From the NCBI GenBank assembly GCA_028534125.1, contig CM052816.1:36954001-37018000 (forward strand): DNA of 64,000 nt, in the 5' to 3' direction. The DNA comes from Lama glama. Taxonomy: Eukaryota. The position numbers and the translations under genes were made by a program. Each line of letters begins with the position of its first letter. The first letter of the stretch is position 1. Of the stretch, positions 1 through 14,344 are shown in pieces. The notes beneath the pieces are model-generated. The model was not told where the DNA came from. It worked only from the letters and a program-made list of their open reading frames with translations, and did no database searches.

Positions 1-224
1 AGGCTAAGGATTTTTATCTTGCTATTTATTCCATAAACTGTGCGTCTCCAATTTATGAATTCTATACTATGATGCTCAAATGCATTTTTATAAAGTTTTA
101 ATTTCTTCACTGTACACTGGAGATCTTGTGCTTAGTTACTGATTGTGTTCCTTTCAAGTAGAAACTACTAATACTTTGAATTGTCTTTGTCCGTTGTTTT
201 GTCTTCTCAGACCCTTTCCCCATT

Positions 225-880
225 TCACTGTATATACTCTTCCTTGGTAAGCTCATCTACTTCCTTAGCATGTTTAAATTGATAAAATATTTTTCTGTAA
301 CTCAAGGTTAAATATCTCCTAAGCTTTAGACATATACTTTAAAACAAATTTTATATAGTTCAACTTGGATATCCCAGACATGATTCTAACTCAACCTGTC
401 TAAAACAAAACTCATCAACTTCCTTCTATGAATGGTTTGCTTTTGAATTTTCTATTCCAGTCACCAGTACCATCATCCATCTTGCATCTTGTTTATTAAA
501 ACAGAAACATGGTATTTCCTAGAAATGCTACATACTACCCCAGATATTTCCAGTGAATACCCATGTATTGTATCATACCATCCTTAAAGTTCTCTTTTGA
601 CCTAAAGGCAAATCCAAACTTCAAAACAGGGCTGCTGAGGGTCTTTATTAATTTGATCTTATTAATTTCTTCATTCTTTCTTCTTGATATATGCTCACGT
701 GTTTTTCTCTACTCAGAAAACTCCACCTTCCTCTACGTCACAGGCAGTTCATGTCTTCTCCTTAATCTCCTGTAACCTTTAGCATTCAATATTAGCTACC
801 GCTTCCTCCAGGCAGACTCCCTTTGATGCAAATGTTTGGTTAGATGTCTATTCAGTACACTAAAAGCATTCTATTGTAAT
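225..880 (+). mobile_element. L2 LINE fragment (ancient, degraded)
   Basis: Resembles the L2 3' region: 'ctcatctacttcc', 'caacttggatatcccagac', 'ctcaacctgtctaaaacaaaactcatc', 'caccatcatccatc'. Confidence 0.7.
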
Positions 881-1159
881 TAGCACTTTATTGGTCAGGA
901 TCTTCAAATGTGCTCAAATAAAACATGCTTAAAAGAACAATCTTGTTCTAAATGTAATTCGTGGCCCATTGCCAGTCTACAAGTAGAAGTAGGTAAAGAA
1001 GTTGAAAGTAAGTGTTTGGAAGCTCTTTTAGCAATTTGTCAGAGTAATCTTATATTTGATGGATATAATAATGAAGAATTTGGCCTTGTACTTCTATTTC
1101 ACTTATCTGGTAATTCATTTTCACTGTGTCATAAAAAAAAATTAGTCAATGATAGTTTG

Positions 1160-1291
1160 GGAATCACTGCAATTGAAGCAGGGACGTTGTGGCCTATGTC
1201 TGTTCATTGCAGTACTATAGCGCCAGAACCCAATGCAGAACTTGTGCTCATAGTAGTTAAGTTATGTTTGCTGATTTAGTGAATGAATGAA
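1160..1291 (+). mobile_element. L2 3' terminal fragment
   Basis: 'gcagggac...tctgttcattgc...catagtag...' ending in the (TGAA)n tail typical of L2. Confidence 0.7.
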
Positions 1292-1837
1292 AATATTATT
1301 GAATATAACTATATACCCAAACCTCACTTAAATTTGGTAACCAATGCTTAAATGAAGCAAACAAGTCAAATCTTGAAAAGCAAGATTATGAAACATAATA
1401 CATCTGAAAAAGCATTTGCTATATTTGGAGAAGCTAACAACTTTCCTGGTTACAAACATTGCTCTAAATATTCATATCAAATAAAACGATTTTGAGGCAT
1501 CTTTTTTCATTTGCAATATTTTTGAGTAACCAATTTTTATCAGAAATTACAAATTCTTAAGAATGTTAAACATTTTAACTGGCGAAAGATATACACTCTG
1601 TTTTCAAGATGGATAAAGACTCTAACTTTTACAATTTTTGTCTTTCTCCTCTGAAGTTTTTTTCTCTAAAATCTCCTTTACCCTCTAAACTCTTCCCTTC
1701 TCTCATCTTTATTTTTTTTCTTATCTTAACCAGAATTTTAGGAAGGAATTTCTTGAGCAGTATTTTCATAAGAAATGAATGCGCCTATGAAGACAGTTCG
1801 CAAATTAACTTTTTTCTGTTAATTTTGTAGTAGATTA

Positions 1838-2275
1838 TGTACTGTTCTATTTAGACCCTGCCTTTATGACTGAGGCACTCGTTTTTAGCTACTGCCAGGG
1901 ATTCTAGCTGTTGATAATTCACAGCATATCCACTTGATAGAAACTGGCCTTTGCTGATAAAGGCTGTCTCACTCAAGGATATTTATACTCTTTTCTTGGG
2001 AGTTTCCCAAATCCAAGACTAGTGATGTGAGGGTACAAATGACCAGTCCCATTGCTTCCATTTGGAATGACTACAAGTCCCTCCCAGTTCCTTTTCATCT
2101 CATGGAATGGACTGAGGTTTTTGTTGTAACTTTATTGTATTTAAATTTATGCCTCTACTTAAACCTGTTTTCTCCTTTCCACAACAGAATAGTATCTGAG
2201 AGCACTTCCTAATAAGCCACTTAAATGTATATATACATCTCAGATTCTTTTTCCTAGGGGAAACCAACTTAAGAG
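1838..2275 (+). mobile_element. ERVL solo LTR, LTR16-like
   Basis: Starts TGT. Ends 'gagagcacttcctaataagcc...catctcagattctttttcctaggggaaaccaacttaaga', matching the recalled LTR16 3' end. Confidence 0.7.
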
Positions 2276-2959
2276 AATGAATAAAACATGCTAGACTGGG
2301 ATCATATCTCACAGAGGAAGTCAAAAGACATATAAACTGAAACAAATTTTGAAATGTTGTAGAAACCACAAAGGAGAAGCATACAAACCAGCAGTTCAAA
2401 TCTGTACCCAGCCTACTCACAAAGTATTAAAATAAATAGAAATTCTGTGGGTAAAAACACAACAGTGACTATCTGGAGCAGTTGTTCTGGAACTTCATTC
2501 AACAAAAGAAACATATTGAAACTTAGGATAAATTCAATTGGTTTGGGCTAGAACCCAGAAATCTGTGTTTTACCAAAAGACACAAAACATTCTGGGCAGA
2601 AAATATGTATTAATAGTCTTCTGAGAGAAAGTGCTCATTCAATTGTAGGTGAAGTCTATTTATGTGTCCTTAGTGCTGAAGCAAAAGAGGAAATAAAGTT
2701 TAAAAAAAAAAAGGAGGCGATGACAAGTGCATTGAGAGAAAAAAAAATTTTGTTCAAAAACAAAATTTTTCTTGAATAGAAACTAAATCAGATTGACTTG
2801 TAAAAGTTTATCTCATATTGCAAACTGTTTGAGTATCTGCGCTTTGGACCATGTGGAAATCAGTTCTGGCATTTCAGAGTGAAAACAGTTACTGTTTTTC
2901 CTTGTAAAGAGCATAAATGTTGTTAATATTGGACTTTTGACCTCGGTACTTTTCTTGCT

Positions 2960-3530
2960 CTACAAATTTCCCCTTAATCTTAATCATTTCCATGCTTGCA
3001 ACTACTACTTAATCTAATAACGTCTAACTGCTTACTTCCAAATCCAGGTCTCCACTTGGAATATCAGATATAAATATATGCTTGCTTGCTTCGTTTTTCT
3101 GATCATCCCTTAGTCTTTCAAGTTCAACGTATTTATACACTTACTTTATTTAGCCACCCCAAAGTGATCTTATCTGAAAATTTACATTTCAGACAATATT
3201 ATCTCCACCTACACAACAGATCAAGCTCTTCACCAGATGCCTTTCTTCTTCATCTCCATAAACGATTTAGTGTTTAATCATTCCTGAAGACTATCTCAGA
3301 AATACCCCTTGAGTATATTCCTTGCTGACGCTGACTTGGCCCAGGCCTCAGTCTTCTCTCACCCAGACTCTTGCAGTCATTTATTTGTTTCCCTAATGTC
3401 AGTTTCACCCTTTCAGTCTCACAAGTGGCCAAGAGAATTATATTCCTGAAACTTCTGAATATGTCACTTTGTAAATTTATGAAGTCAAATTTCTTAGTGT
3501 AGTGTAAAAGCTTCTTTATAAACTTTATTC
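2960..3530 (+). mobile_element. L2 LINE fragment
   Basis: 'tctccacttgga', 'cccaggcctcagtcttctctcacccagactcttgcagtc' and the surrounding pyrimidine-rich L2-like motifs. Confidence 0.6.
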
Positions 3531-3584
3531 TACCGAGTTACATCAATTTCTCACAATTCCAGTTCTCTGGCTATGCAGTTGTAT

Positions 3585-5244
3585 CCTAAATGGGTAGACA
3601 TAAGATTTAATTTAAATTAAAAAAATAGAACTGATAATGTTGAAAATATTTTAGTTGGTTTCTTTAAATATAATAATAAACTATTACATATTAACATAAA
3701 TATGTTATATGTTTTATGACAAGTAACCATATTTTCAAAAAATAATTTATGAGAAAAGATAGCATGGATTTTATGAATGTCTTCCATGTCTAGTTTTATA
3801 GAGAACAACTAGAGTATTCTCTTTGCTTCTGCATTTAACCTATTGGGATATTTAGTTTCGATTGAAGTATATGATAAAGATATAGCCCCACACAGATATA
3901 TAACTAGGAAAGGAAGAGTGTTTAATAGTCTTTATGGATAATCATAGAAATTCTTCTTTGATAGCACACCCAAACTGTCTAAGTAGTGGTTTCTTAAAGG
4001 CTACTTACAATATGGAATCTGAAAACATATGAATGAACTTTCCCCACCCTGTTATATTAATATATGTTGCTCTATCTTATACTTTGAATGCATATTTAAC
4101 CTAAAATTATGCATTTGTCCTTCAGAAAATATTGGCTCATTGAGTTACACAACTTCTCCAAATTTTGGTGTAATTTGTTACAAAATAGTGGCACATAAAA
4201 TTTTTCTAAAAATTTTAATATTTGTATTGAGACTCCAATTGTATCATTAGGAACAAATAATGTCATTTTTTGTCCCTTTCATGTGGCTGGCTCACTTCAT
4301 TCAATCTTCAAGGAATATTGCCAGATAACTAAAACTGAATCACTCTAGTTTTCCTATGAACTGCCCTTTTGAGTAAAAGTGGTATTTAGCAAGAAAAGTG
4401 GCTAGTTCAACTTACACTCAATCACACAAGTTGTATTTTTGTTTTCCCCCTTGGATGCAACAATCATACTTTGGCATGCAGTGCTTTAAGCATACTTCTC
4501 AGTTTGTCATGCAAGATATTAAAAACATGTGTATTCAAGAATTAAGAGTTAATCTGCCCCATTGAAAATACTTATTTTTAAAGACAGTTTTTCTTTTCTC
4601 TATAAGTACCTGGTGGTGAAGATGCAATGACTGCTAATAAGTTTTGTGCCACTACCTCAATTCAGGTTAAGATACCCAGTAATTTTAATCATTAGTGCCT
4701 TAACAAGTCATATTGGAACCAGAGGCAAAATGAGGAAAGTTTGTGTAGTTATGAATTTTATGTGTGTTTTTATATATTTTAATGTATTTGTATATGTATA
4801 TATTTATATATATTTTATACACTTTTAATAGTTAACTTTTGCCAGAACATCGATATAGCTTTAGAAAAACAAAACATTTAAACTTTTTTCCTAAAATAAC
4901 AATGTAGCTCATTATGGCATTGGTATTTACTTAAATTTTTACTTTTTTATCACAGATATTTGAAGAAATTTTTATGTTATAAATATTGCACTAAAATATT
5001 ATTTTCACTGATTCCCGAGTCTTCTAGATTTCCCTTAAATTTTGTACCCAAGAAGAGTGTCTCACATGCCTCACCCTAACCTCTACCCTATTAAATCTCT
5101 GTTGCTTTTGTTAACATCACAGCAAAGTCAACAAAAGGAAAAAGGCAAATGACATCTCAGTAGTGTTAGAAACATAGTTTTGACTTCCTAGATTTCATGA
5201 AACGGTCTCAGTGACTGTCTTTGGGTCACATTTTAAAACTACTG
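3585..5244 (-). mobile_element. Charlie1a-like hAT DNA transposon fossil, interrupted by MER96B
   Basis: The reverse complement matches recalled Charlie1 sequence ('tgcttctgcatttaacct', 'aaaaggcaaatgacatctcagtagtgttagaaacatagttttgac'). A degenerate terminal repeat 'cacattttaaaactactg' ends at 5244. Confidence 0.85.
4693..5090 (-). mobile_element. MER96B-like hAT MITE nested in Charlie1a
   Basis: Left end 'tagtgccttaacaagtcatattggaaccagaggcaaaa'. Right end 'cccttaaattttgtacccaagaagagtgtctcacatgcctcaccctaacctctacccta'. Flanks ttaatcat/ttaaatct resemble a decayed 8-bp target-site duplication (TSD). Confidence 0.75.
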
Positions 5245-8235
5245 CATCAGGCTAAAGTAATTTTAAAAGTTATCTTAAAATAATGTTAATTCTAAGAATT
5301 TACTCCCCAACCTCACAAAAAGAAAGTAAAGGATATTGACTTTCAAGATTGTCATTATGTAGTATAAGGAAGAATATTAATTCTTTAAAAGAGCCACATG
5401 TTTATGAAAACTGTTACAAGGGACATTAAACATTGAACAAGATAGGTGATCAACTCTCAGCATGGAAGGAAAAAAAAAATCTTCCTGTGTCCCTGTCTTA
5501 AAATAAATCAAATTAGTCTGTAAGCCTGTGATATTCATATGTAACTCAATAAAGGCCCTTTTCAGAATGACTTTCTGAATATTGACCATGATATAGATAA
5601 TCATGTATCAGGTGATTACAAGGTTGTTCAAACTAACAATCTCTAAATATTACTGCTGTTCATTATCATTATTATTAGTGAGTCATTTCTAATTATTTCC
5701 AAGATTACGAACTCCTTGAAATTAGGATCATACATCTTGCACACTGAGATTTCCTACATCATTGTCATGATCTAAACATAAATATTTTTAAATTGAATTG
5801 CCTATATAAACTGAAGTTTTACTAGCATGGGTGGTTTGATTTTATTTTTTAATCCTAAGAAAATAAAATTTATTAAACTAAAAAGATAATTTATTCTTTA
5901 TGTTATAATGGAATCCCATGAAACTAGAAGCTTGCAAAATTATTTTCAAAGATGTATCATGACTAAGAAAAAACACTCTTAGCAAAACCCCACAAATTTA
6001 TATAGATGCTAAACAATTATTGTTAACTTTCACTTCAGTTGACCAATGTTGTATGTGGGTAAACTGTGTATGCTGCCACATTTCCAAAAAGAAAAAGACT
6101 TGTATGAATTAAATTTTAGAACAGATAATTAGAGATAGCCCTTAAAATTATGAATTTTCTTAATTGCAAATATTTGGTTAATTATTAACCCTTTATTCCT
6201 ACTATTAGAGCAAGGAAAGAGTCAGTGTGTTATGATGATTCTCTTGTTACATACAATAGCTTTGTGTATTATCAGATTAAGAGATTGACTTAGGCCACAC
6301 TGCCAGAGATCTAGAAAAACAATTCTGTTTAATTAAAGTTAAAATACAAGTTGCTATTACAGTGATTGTTACACTGTTTGTAAAGTAAGAAATATCAGTG
6401 AGCAGTAAGGTCGGTGCCAGAGTCTAGCAATCATATGACTGTAGCACAGGATATAAACCAGAATGTGCATTTATTAGGTATCGTAGATGTTCAATGTTCA
6501 AAGTAAAAGCAAGAAAATTTTCAAACACTAGTAAAGAGTAGGAATAAACAGTATTAATCACTTTGTGGTTAATGACAATGACAACAAAAAATCATTGCTT
6601 TATTCTACGACATGTTTCTAGTAATTTATTCCATTCAACCTAACTCAAGAGGTAATAATCTTATTGCTGGATGGAAACAGAAAGACTAAGAGCTTCGTAT
6701 AAACTAGATAACCGGAAGATTTATAAGCTGACATTTTATTCCACAGAGATTTTTGTATAGACTCACTGCATTGCTTAGTAAAGAAAATTCTTTTAGGCTC
6801 AGAAGTTCAAAAACTGAGCAATTTTACAGTATTTCTACTTTCTTAAGTGCTAAACTTTATGAAAGTGAATCAGGGTTAGGGTGGAATGAAGGTTTCTCTT
6901 TAACAAGATAAATGTAATCAGTTTAATGAACCCTTCTTGGAGGCAAGGATGAGATGGAAGAAATTATTTGTTCATTATGCTAATTAAAATAAGGGATCTA
7001 AAGTCTACGAAAACAAAACTGATTAAAGCATATTCAGTTTGTCTGCTTAGAGCTGTGAAGCACAAATTCCACACTTAGTGTGCAAGCCATGGATATTGAT
7101 TGGAGACTGCACATAATTATTATTTTTTGCATGTGGTGAATATGGTTTTTGGTTTTTACCTATGATTGTTTGACATATTAAACACATATGGGAAATAGAA
7201 ATTCAAGAAAGGGAGATCACTGAGCAAGCCAGAAGGAAACTGTTCCTCTGCAATTAAACAGCACATAGACAGGCATACAGAAAAATTTCTTAATGACTTT
7301 CTTTTATGAAACTGCTAAGAAGTCCAGTTAAAATAGTGTTCACAATATATAATGCTGGCTAGACAACAGAGAAAAATGCTTTTCACCAGCTTTTTTCCAT
7401 TAGCCAGTCAGAGGGAGCTTGCAGGGATATAAGAGTTTAATCATCATTTAACAGCTCTTTTTGATCCACCCCATATCCTTAGTGAGGGCTGGAAAGTATT
7501 CTTCTTGCATTCATAGTTTCAATTTTAACAAAAGTCCTAATATATGAGTGAATATACATGACATTGAACTCTGAGCTGCTGAAAATAAAATAGAAAGTTT
7601 ACTTCTCAATGAGATTAAATGTAGATTGACCTCTTTCCTGAGTCAAGAGATCAAATGGACTCAAATTTTGGAATTAATTTCTTGTGCAATTTAACATGCC
7701 ATATTAGAATAAAATGACTATGTTTTCCAAGCATTTTATATGATGAAACATAATTCAAATTATAAATACAGAACTGATGAAAACCTTAGAAATTTTTTCA
7801 AGCTTTTTAAAAAAATAGTTTGATGGAAATGATAAGTATTTATTAAGTAAATTCAGTACTCCCCACTGGCATTTTACCAGATGTATTTCATATAACTTAA
7901 AAAAAGTTTTCTTAGCAGAGCAGATTAAAAAACAGTTCACGTTTCATGCCATTTTATTAAATTCTTCTTTTAGTCTAAAGACTTTGCTTAACCATGTGTT
8001 TCCCTGTGAGGTTTTATTCAGCATGTATAGACAGAATCAGTTAGATTCCATGTGAACTTCAAATGCTCCTTCTTTTTATTATAAGCTCCTTGGAAAGACT
8101 TTTGATGTCATGGATTCTGAAATAGTAAATGGCACTGACAAAAGTACCAACAAATACATAACACTGTGTCAACGTCAGTTGGATTTATTTATACTCTTAG
8201 ACCTTATGAATACTAGTTTTACTCATATTTTTAAG

Positions 8236-8420
8236 ACAATGTGATATGGTGGATAGGAACATGGGACTCAAAATGAAAAGACCAGTTTAAGTTCTGAAAC
8301 TAACACTTACCAATCTTGGGACATTGGACAGTGCATTATTCCTCTGACCATATTTTCTTATCAGGAAAATAGAAGAATAAACTGACTTTTTCTGTCTAAC
8401 TCACAGTGTTATTTGGGGAT
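8236..8420 (+). mobile_element. MIR SINE
   Basis: MIR core-like: 'cacttaccaatcttgggacattggac...cctctgaccatattttcttatcaggaaaatag...ctcacagtgttattt'. Confidence 0.7.
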
Positions 8421-8907
8421 AGTATATCCTAGAATATAGTGTGATAGCTCCCTAGGAGTTACTTGGCTGCCTACTAAACAAATAGATTCTGGGGCCCAGA
8501 GGTGACTTCTATAATTACATCTAGGGTTGCACACCAAGAACCTGATTTTTAACAAATTCTCCAGCTGAAGTTTGACTGTAATTTGCAATATAACTTCTAA
8601 GCAATAATATGCAAGTTAATAGTTCTGTGTATCATTTATATTTTTGTATTGGCAGAGGTCCTTTAGAGCCTTTACTTTTCTTCAGAAAAGTTGAATCAAC
8701 TAAAATAATAAGACATTACCAATCTGAGTGCAAAACAACACACTTAAATCTTTATCTCTAGCTTAATAGTATTCTTATTCTGTTATAATTATTGCCATTG
8801 TTCTTATAATTGCCATTCTGTTTTGTCACATGGGGGAATGAGTGCACAGTATGAGTCTTAAAATGTAAATTTTAAATGTTTGAACCCACTCAGCAGCAAC
8901 TTAGCTT

Positions 8908-9060
8908 TAGGAGAGTTGTTCTTAAACTGTGGACTGAAAACCAGAAGCTGCATTATCCCCTGTGAACATATTAACCTCAGAAAATCTGGTGTGGCACCCA
9001 GCAAGCTCTGTTTTTATAAGCCTTCAGAGTTATTGGGATGCTTGCCATGGGAGCCACTGA
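8908..9060 (+). mobile_element. MER5A-like hAT MITE
   Basis: 'gttgttcttaaactgtgga...tcagaaaatctggtgtggcacccagcaagctctgtttttataagcc...gagccactg'. Confidence 0.65.
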
Positions 9061-10039
9061 TGTGGGATAATTGGACTAAGGACTAATGTTGTAGAATAAT
9101 TTGACTTATCCCTTAGGATATACCCTACATTAAGCCTGGTTGATCTTCAGCGGGAAAATGAAGCACATACTACTTAACACAGGTTCACACATTGTATTTA
9201 TCTTTTCTACATTCAAGATAATTGTGCTAAGATCAGTGTTGTTTTTCACAGTTTATCCTATTGTCAGGCCACTCCATTTATGTCTCCTCAGATGCAGCCC
9301 AGAGAGTCCTCTGATTCTTCTATTTGGGGATAGACTTTAAGACAATTCCTGATAACCCTTAAAGATAAATTTTCTGGCAGGAGGTATCTGGTTCTTTTAG
9401 AAAAAAGGCTTGATCTTTTCTCTGTACCTAATTGTACTGAAAGATTAGCTATCTTTTCTCTTCTATTGGGAACAGAGATAAGGGAACTGACTGGAGTTTA
9501 TTTTCAGCTGGAAGCCTACAGGGGAATGAAAGTTATGCTGATGGTATGCTGAGAATTCTTTTCTGACACCATTTGAGATCTACATCTAAACAAATTCTAT
9601 GTGGCCAATTTTTATTCAGTTTCTTGTAGTCAAAATTTGGGAGAGGGCAATGCATGAGAAATTAATTTTCCACCTATTTTTCACTAGGCTTATGATGGGA
9701 AAACACCTATGCTATTATGAAAATTTGTGTAAACAGATAATTTGTTTTTAATAAGGAAGACATATTCTAGGCCAGTGTTTACCAAAAAGTAGTGCTTATA
9801 GTATGGTTTTATTTAGTACAATGAAGAGACTTCAGCTGAAGTGTGCAAATGAGAGGCTGGTGGTCTGTAATCTTTTTCCTTTACTTTTCTTCTCTTATTT
9901 CCTTCCATTCTCTTCTCTTCTCCTCTCTTTTCATCTCCTCTCTTCTTCTATTATTGGTTCTGCTGTCCTGAATTCTTTCCTTGATAGAGCCATTGCTGCA
10001 AAATACTTGGCTATTCTCATCACTTCTACCCATCAGGGC

Positions 10040-10595
10040 TCTTTCAGGTTGCCTTGACTAGGTATTCTGGAGATTTCCCGATTCTAATTCCCCCCTCAAC
10101 CATCACCAGCAGCTCTGTATTCTCCAAGCATGTGGTTAATGTAGGAGAAATCAGACCCATAAAATATAATACTGTTCTAATGGATATGACTGACTAGTCC
10201 AGGGTAGACCCATCATCCAAGGCTAATCGAGTTCCCCGTCCTGGGAATTAGAAGACAAAGATTTTCACATCATAGGCTAGTGTATCTATGGAATGGAAGA
10301 AATGTGAACTTGGAAGCTCGGTCAGTTGTTTTGCCATGTAAACTGGGAATCATAAAACTTTGTTCTTCAGACACAGAAAAGTAAAAAAAAAAAAAAAGTG
10401 CCAAAAGAGTCAGAGGGTTGAGATAGGGAGAGAGAATCTTGATGCTATGTTATTCCTGGTACTAATTTATTCCTGATGTTATGTTTTACTCCTGTGCTAG
10501 GGCCTGAGAAATAACACTTAAACAAATTCCCCTTTTGTGATAAACTGATTCAATGGGATCTTATTTATTTCAAACAAAAAACCTGAAGCAATTTA
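10040..10595 (+). mobile_element. ERVL/MaLR solo LTR (LTR33- or MLT1-like)
   Basis: The 3' end 'aaattccccttttgtgataaactgattcaatgggatcttatttatttcaaacaaaaaacctga' resembles LTR33/MLT1 termini. The 5' boundary is uncertain. Confidence 0.55.
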
Positions 10596-11639
10596 ATATT
10601 ACCTTTGAGTTTCTTATTGCAAGTCGATAATTAAATTGATTTTAAGAGTGAAGTTGAGAAATCTAAAGAGCATGTTTTATACTTCTGTGGTCAAATGAGT
10701 TCTGCATTCAAAACATTACTAAAAAATAAAGTTTCAGAACCTAGTTCTTCTTTGTGAAAGGCTATCTTTGTGTTCTTTATTGATATTTTAAAATATTATC
10801 CTGCCTGCGATAGTTCTTATTCATTGTGATATAAAATTATGTTCCTTAGAAAATTAGGTTAAAAATTTATAAGGTTAACTATGCTTTCAGATATTTATAA
10901 TATATTATATATGAGTAAATATATTAGAGATGCATGATATAATATACTGTTCTATATATATACACATTACTGGATGCTTTTATTTATTCTGACCCACAAT
11001 AATATGAGAACTAATTCATTTTATAAATAATATTAGTTAGCATCTTCATATCTTAACAAAATTCTGAATGTTCAAATCACATGAACAAGAACTTTATCAA
11101 ATTCAGGAAGAGAAAAAAGAACATATTTTACTTTAGTGTAAACTTAATGACTCATAAATTTAACATTTAAAATTGAAAAAAAGTTAAAAAATTAAAAGCA
11201 GTAGAAGAGGCATTATGAATTTTACTACAGTTTCTAGAATAAAATAAATTTGTTGTAAGCCCTATAATGTAAATATGTGACTAAATTTTTAAGGAAACAT
11301 ACATATTTTTGTTCATAAAATACTTATAGAACTGAGATTAAATATATAAATATATAATAAAAGAAATTATAATAAAAAAGATGAAAAGTTTTGTTAGATG
11401 ATTATTCCAAGACACTTCCCTTCTGAAATAACATTTTCATGATTCTTCCTTCAAACTACAATCACTTGGTTTACTAAACTAGGCACACAAATAATGTTAT
11501 TTATCTGTATCTCATTTCCCCAATTCTTTTGCCGTCACATTTAGTCTTGGATTTCGAGATTTTCCATGTGTTTCTAGAAAATGTCATTTTTGGATAATTT
11601 CTTATAATTTCTACATAGGAATTTCTAATTAGGAAAGAA

Positions 11640-11860
11640 GGAAACTGACACTTACTGATTTATTGAGTGTCATTCAACTTGTATAGATTATTCAGTTATG
11701 CTTGCCACACAACCCATACTCAGAAACTTACATTTTGAGATTGAGATTTTTCCCTAAGTAACTGAGACTCAGAACAGTTGAGAAAATTACTGAACAATTT
11801 AGCCCTTTGAGAATTGAAACCAGGATTTCAATTACAAGCCTGTGAGCTTTCTAATACATC
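11640..11860 (-). mobile_element. MIR SINE
   Basis: 'tttattgagtg...cacaacccat...aactgagactcaga...gaattgaaaccagg'. Confidence 0.6.
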
Positions 11861-12967
11861 TGTCACCTGTTTCAAGTAAACACTAATGTGTTGAATACAT
11901 GGAACTGAATTTCACATCACTGAATGGTTTGATACAAACATTTGTTTGATAGTGTAGGACTGACTTTTATAGTTTGAAACACTTGCATTTTGGCCATATC
12001 AAAGTTTATGCATTTGTTGAAATCAAATGGAGATGTGTGAAAGAAGAGATAGCTCTGCCTTATTAATTCTATAAAAAGTAAGCTATAGAACTTTTGATTC
12101 CATGGAAAATTGTAGTTTTTTTTTAGGTGTTTAAAAATATATATTTTTTTTCTTACAAAGCATGAGGAATAGGTCTAAAGCATAAAATAAGCATCTTAAC
12201 TCATTTCTTTTGCCTCTCAGAAGGCATTATATTCTCTTACCTGAGAGATAAACTGTTCAAAATGTATAATCTGCACCTAGAAAAAATAAAGGTGTTGTTA
12301 ACAGATATTCTATATTTCACTGTTAATCCAATTATATGAGAGAAACAATAATCACAATATTATAAGGAAATCACCAAAATTTGGTTAGATTTGCAGTTGT
12401 AGGATGCGACATATATATGTGTTTTGTATATGAATAAATAAAGTAATGAGTTCTACAATCTTGTACAAACATAGTTTTATTCAGAACAAGGTAACCACAA
12501 TAGCCAGAGTTTGCTGACATCTAGTTTCTCAACAAAGTCACAACAAAAAAAGATATCACATAAAAGGAATTTTAAGTTAGGAATTTCCTAAGACAAAGTT
12601 ATAGCTCTCTTCTGAGACTATATTTGAGTGCCCCCAGAAGACCTATTTTTGTATTGGATGCATGCCAACTGTATGTGCAGTTTCTTTCTGTATGCTGAAT
12701 TGTTACAAGGGCATAGTCCAGGAACTCATCATACCAAGAAAGTGCTGTAGTCCACTCAAAATTGAAGGTCAGTTAGAGATGCATACATCTTGGCAAATGA
12801 TTGCATTATTTATTATTATTATTATTGTTCTCCAACCTTTTTGATTTAAACAACAGTTGTGGAACTGAGCTACATGATAATGAGGAAAATGGCCCTCTGC
12901 TAGTTAATCTCCAGATAACTGGCATATGAGCCACTTTATGAAAATTTTCTGTTCAAAACAAACAAAT

Positions 12968-13045
12968 AAAAGGAAAGAAATGGAGGAAGGAAGGGAGGAA
13001 GGAAGGAAGGGAGGGAGGAAGGAAGAGAAAGAGAAAAAGAAAGAA
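12968..13045. repeat. Purine-rich (GGAA/GA)n low-complexity tract
   Basis: Seen directly. It generates the two overlapping spurious ORFs at 12904-13123. Confidence 0.9.
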
Positions 13046-14344
13046 TCACATAGGCCATTTGAACAGTCCAGAATACCTAGAAAAAACTGTGCCTTCATAT
13101 ATATTGCTAATTTTGATTTCTAGGAGCAGTCCAACAAATCTTTCAGACTTTAACCTCTAAACAATTTTCATTTATTAGAAGATCTTTGGTCTCTCTTTAC
13201 TTTCCTTCTCATTTTGTACTGACATTTTTGTTATAGGCACATATGATTTTGATACAGCTTTGTTTCAGATTCTTACTCTTTCAAAGTTTTGGAGCATTGA
13301 GAATCTTGCACCAAATAGCCAGAAGTCTGAAGGGACAAAAATGCCAACATTTATTTTCCATACAGTGTCAAACAGTTGAATCTACATATTCACACTCTTA
13401 TACAGATCACCTATGTAGGTATCAGTAAATTTCAGTAAAAGTTACACATCACATTGAATAGTTGAAACTTATTCTATGGAAAGCATAATAATTCATAATT
13501 CATATGCACTTTCCATTTTTAATATCTAAATTTTTTGTGGACTTAACTCATGCGGTCTTTTAAGGCATCTCTTCCTGCTTCAGTATAAATGAATGATACT
13601 TAAGTATCTACACAGAATTAAGTGTTATTATTGATTGGTTTGAGTCACTGTAAGAGCAAAAGCGATTTATTTTGATATATGTGTCATGTTTATTTTTTCC
13701 TGATGTGATACAGTTTTTTTTTCTAATTACAAAAACTTTTAATGACATTCCACATTCATACGTAGTACAAGTCTTTTTAAAAACATGTATTTTCTACAAT
13801 TGTTTTTATTAAATACAACACAACCTTTATATCTTCCACTCATATATTTTCTCTTTGCAATGAATGGTACCCAAAAGTTAACATGAAGGAGACAAGTTTT
13901 TTTTTTTTTTTTTTTTTGGCTTTAGGATCAACATTCTACATTGGGAAAATACAAATTCCAAAGTGAGTTATCTAAGCATCAGTTTCTATTAGAAAAATGT
14001 GCATTAAATAGCTTATTTCTATTTATCCAGCAATAGCAACAGTAATGAAAGCAATCAGGTTCTATCTTAAGAGGGAGCAGAAGGGCCATTTGGCCTACAT
14101 TGGTAGAAATAGTCTAAAAATGCTGATGCTAAGATTGGAACTGAGACCTATATGATTATAAAACTAACATGTACTATAAATACCTATATTCTGCTGTGTC
14201 GTAGTAGCACATGTAAGCTCTGTAGGTCATATTTCCTTGCTTTGGATTTTGCATGACTCATCTTCTTGGTTTTTGAAAATCGATGTTAACTGAAGAAGTA
14301 ATGGGCCATTTATTTGAAGAGGAGGAAGAAATGTTATAGAAATA

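Noticed and set aside
13897..13917. Poly-T run as the tail of a retrocopy
   Set aside because: No convincing TSD, poly-A signal or recognisable retroposed body next to it.
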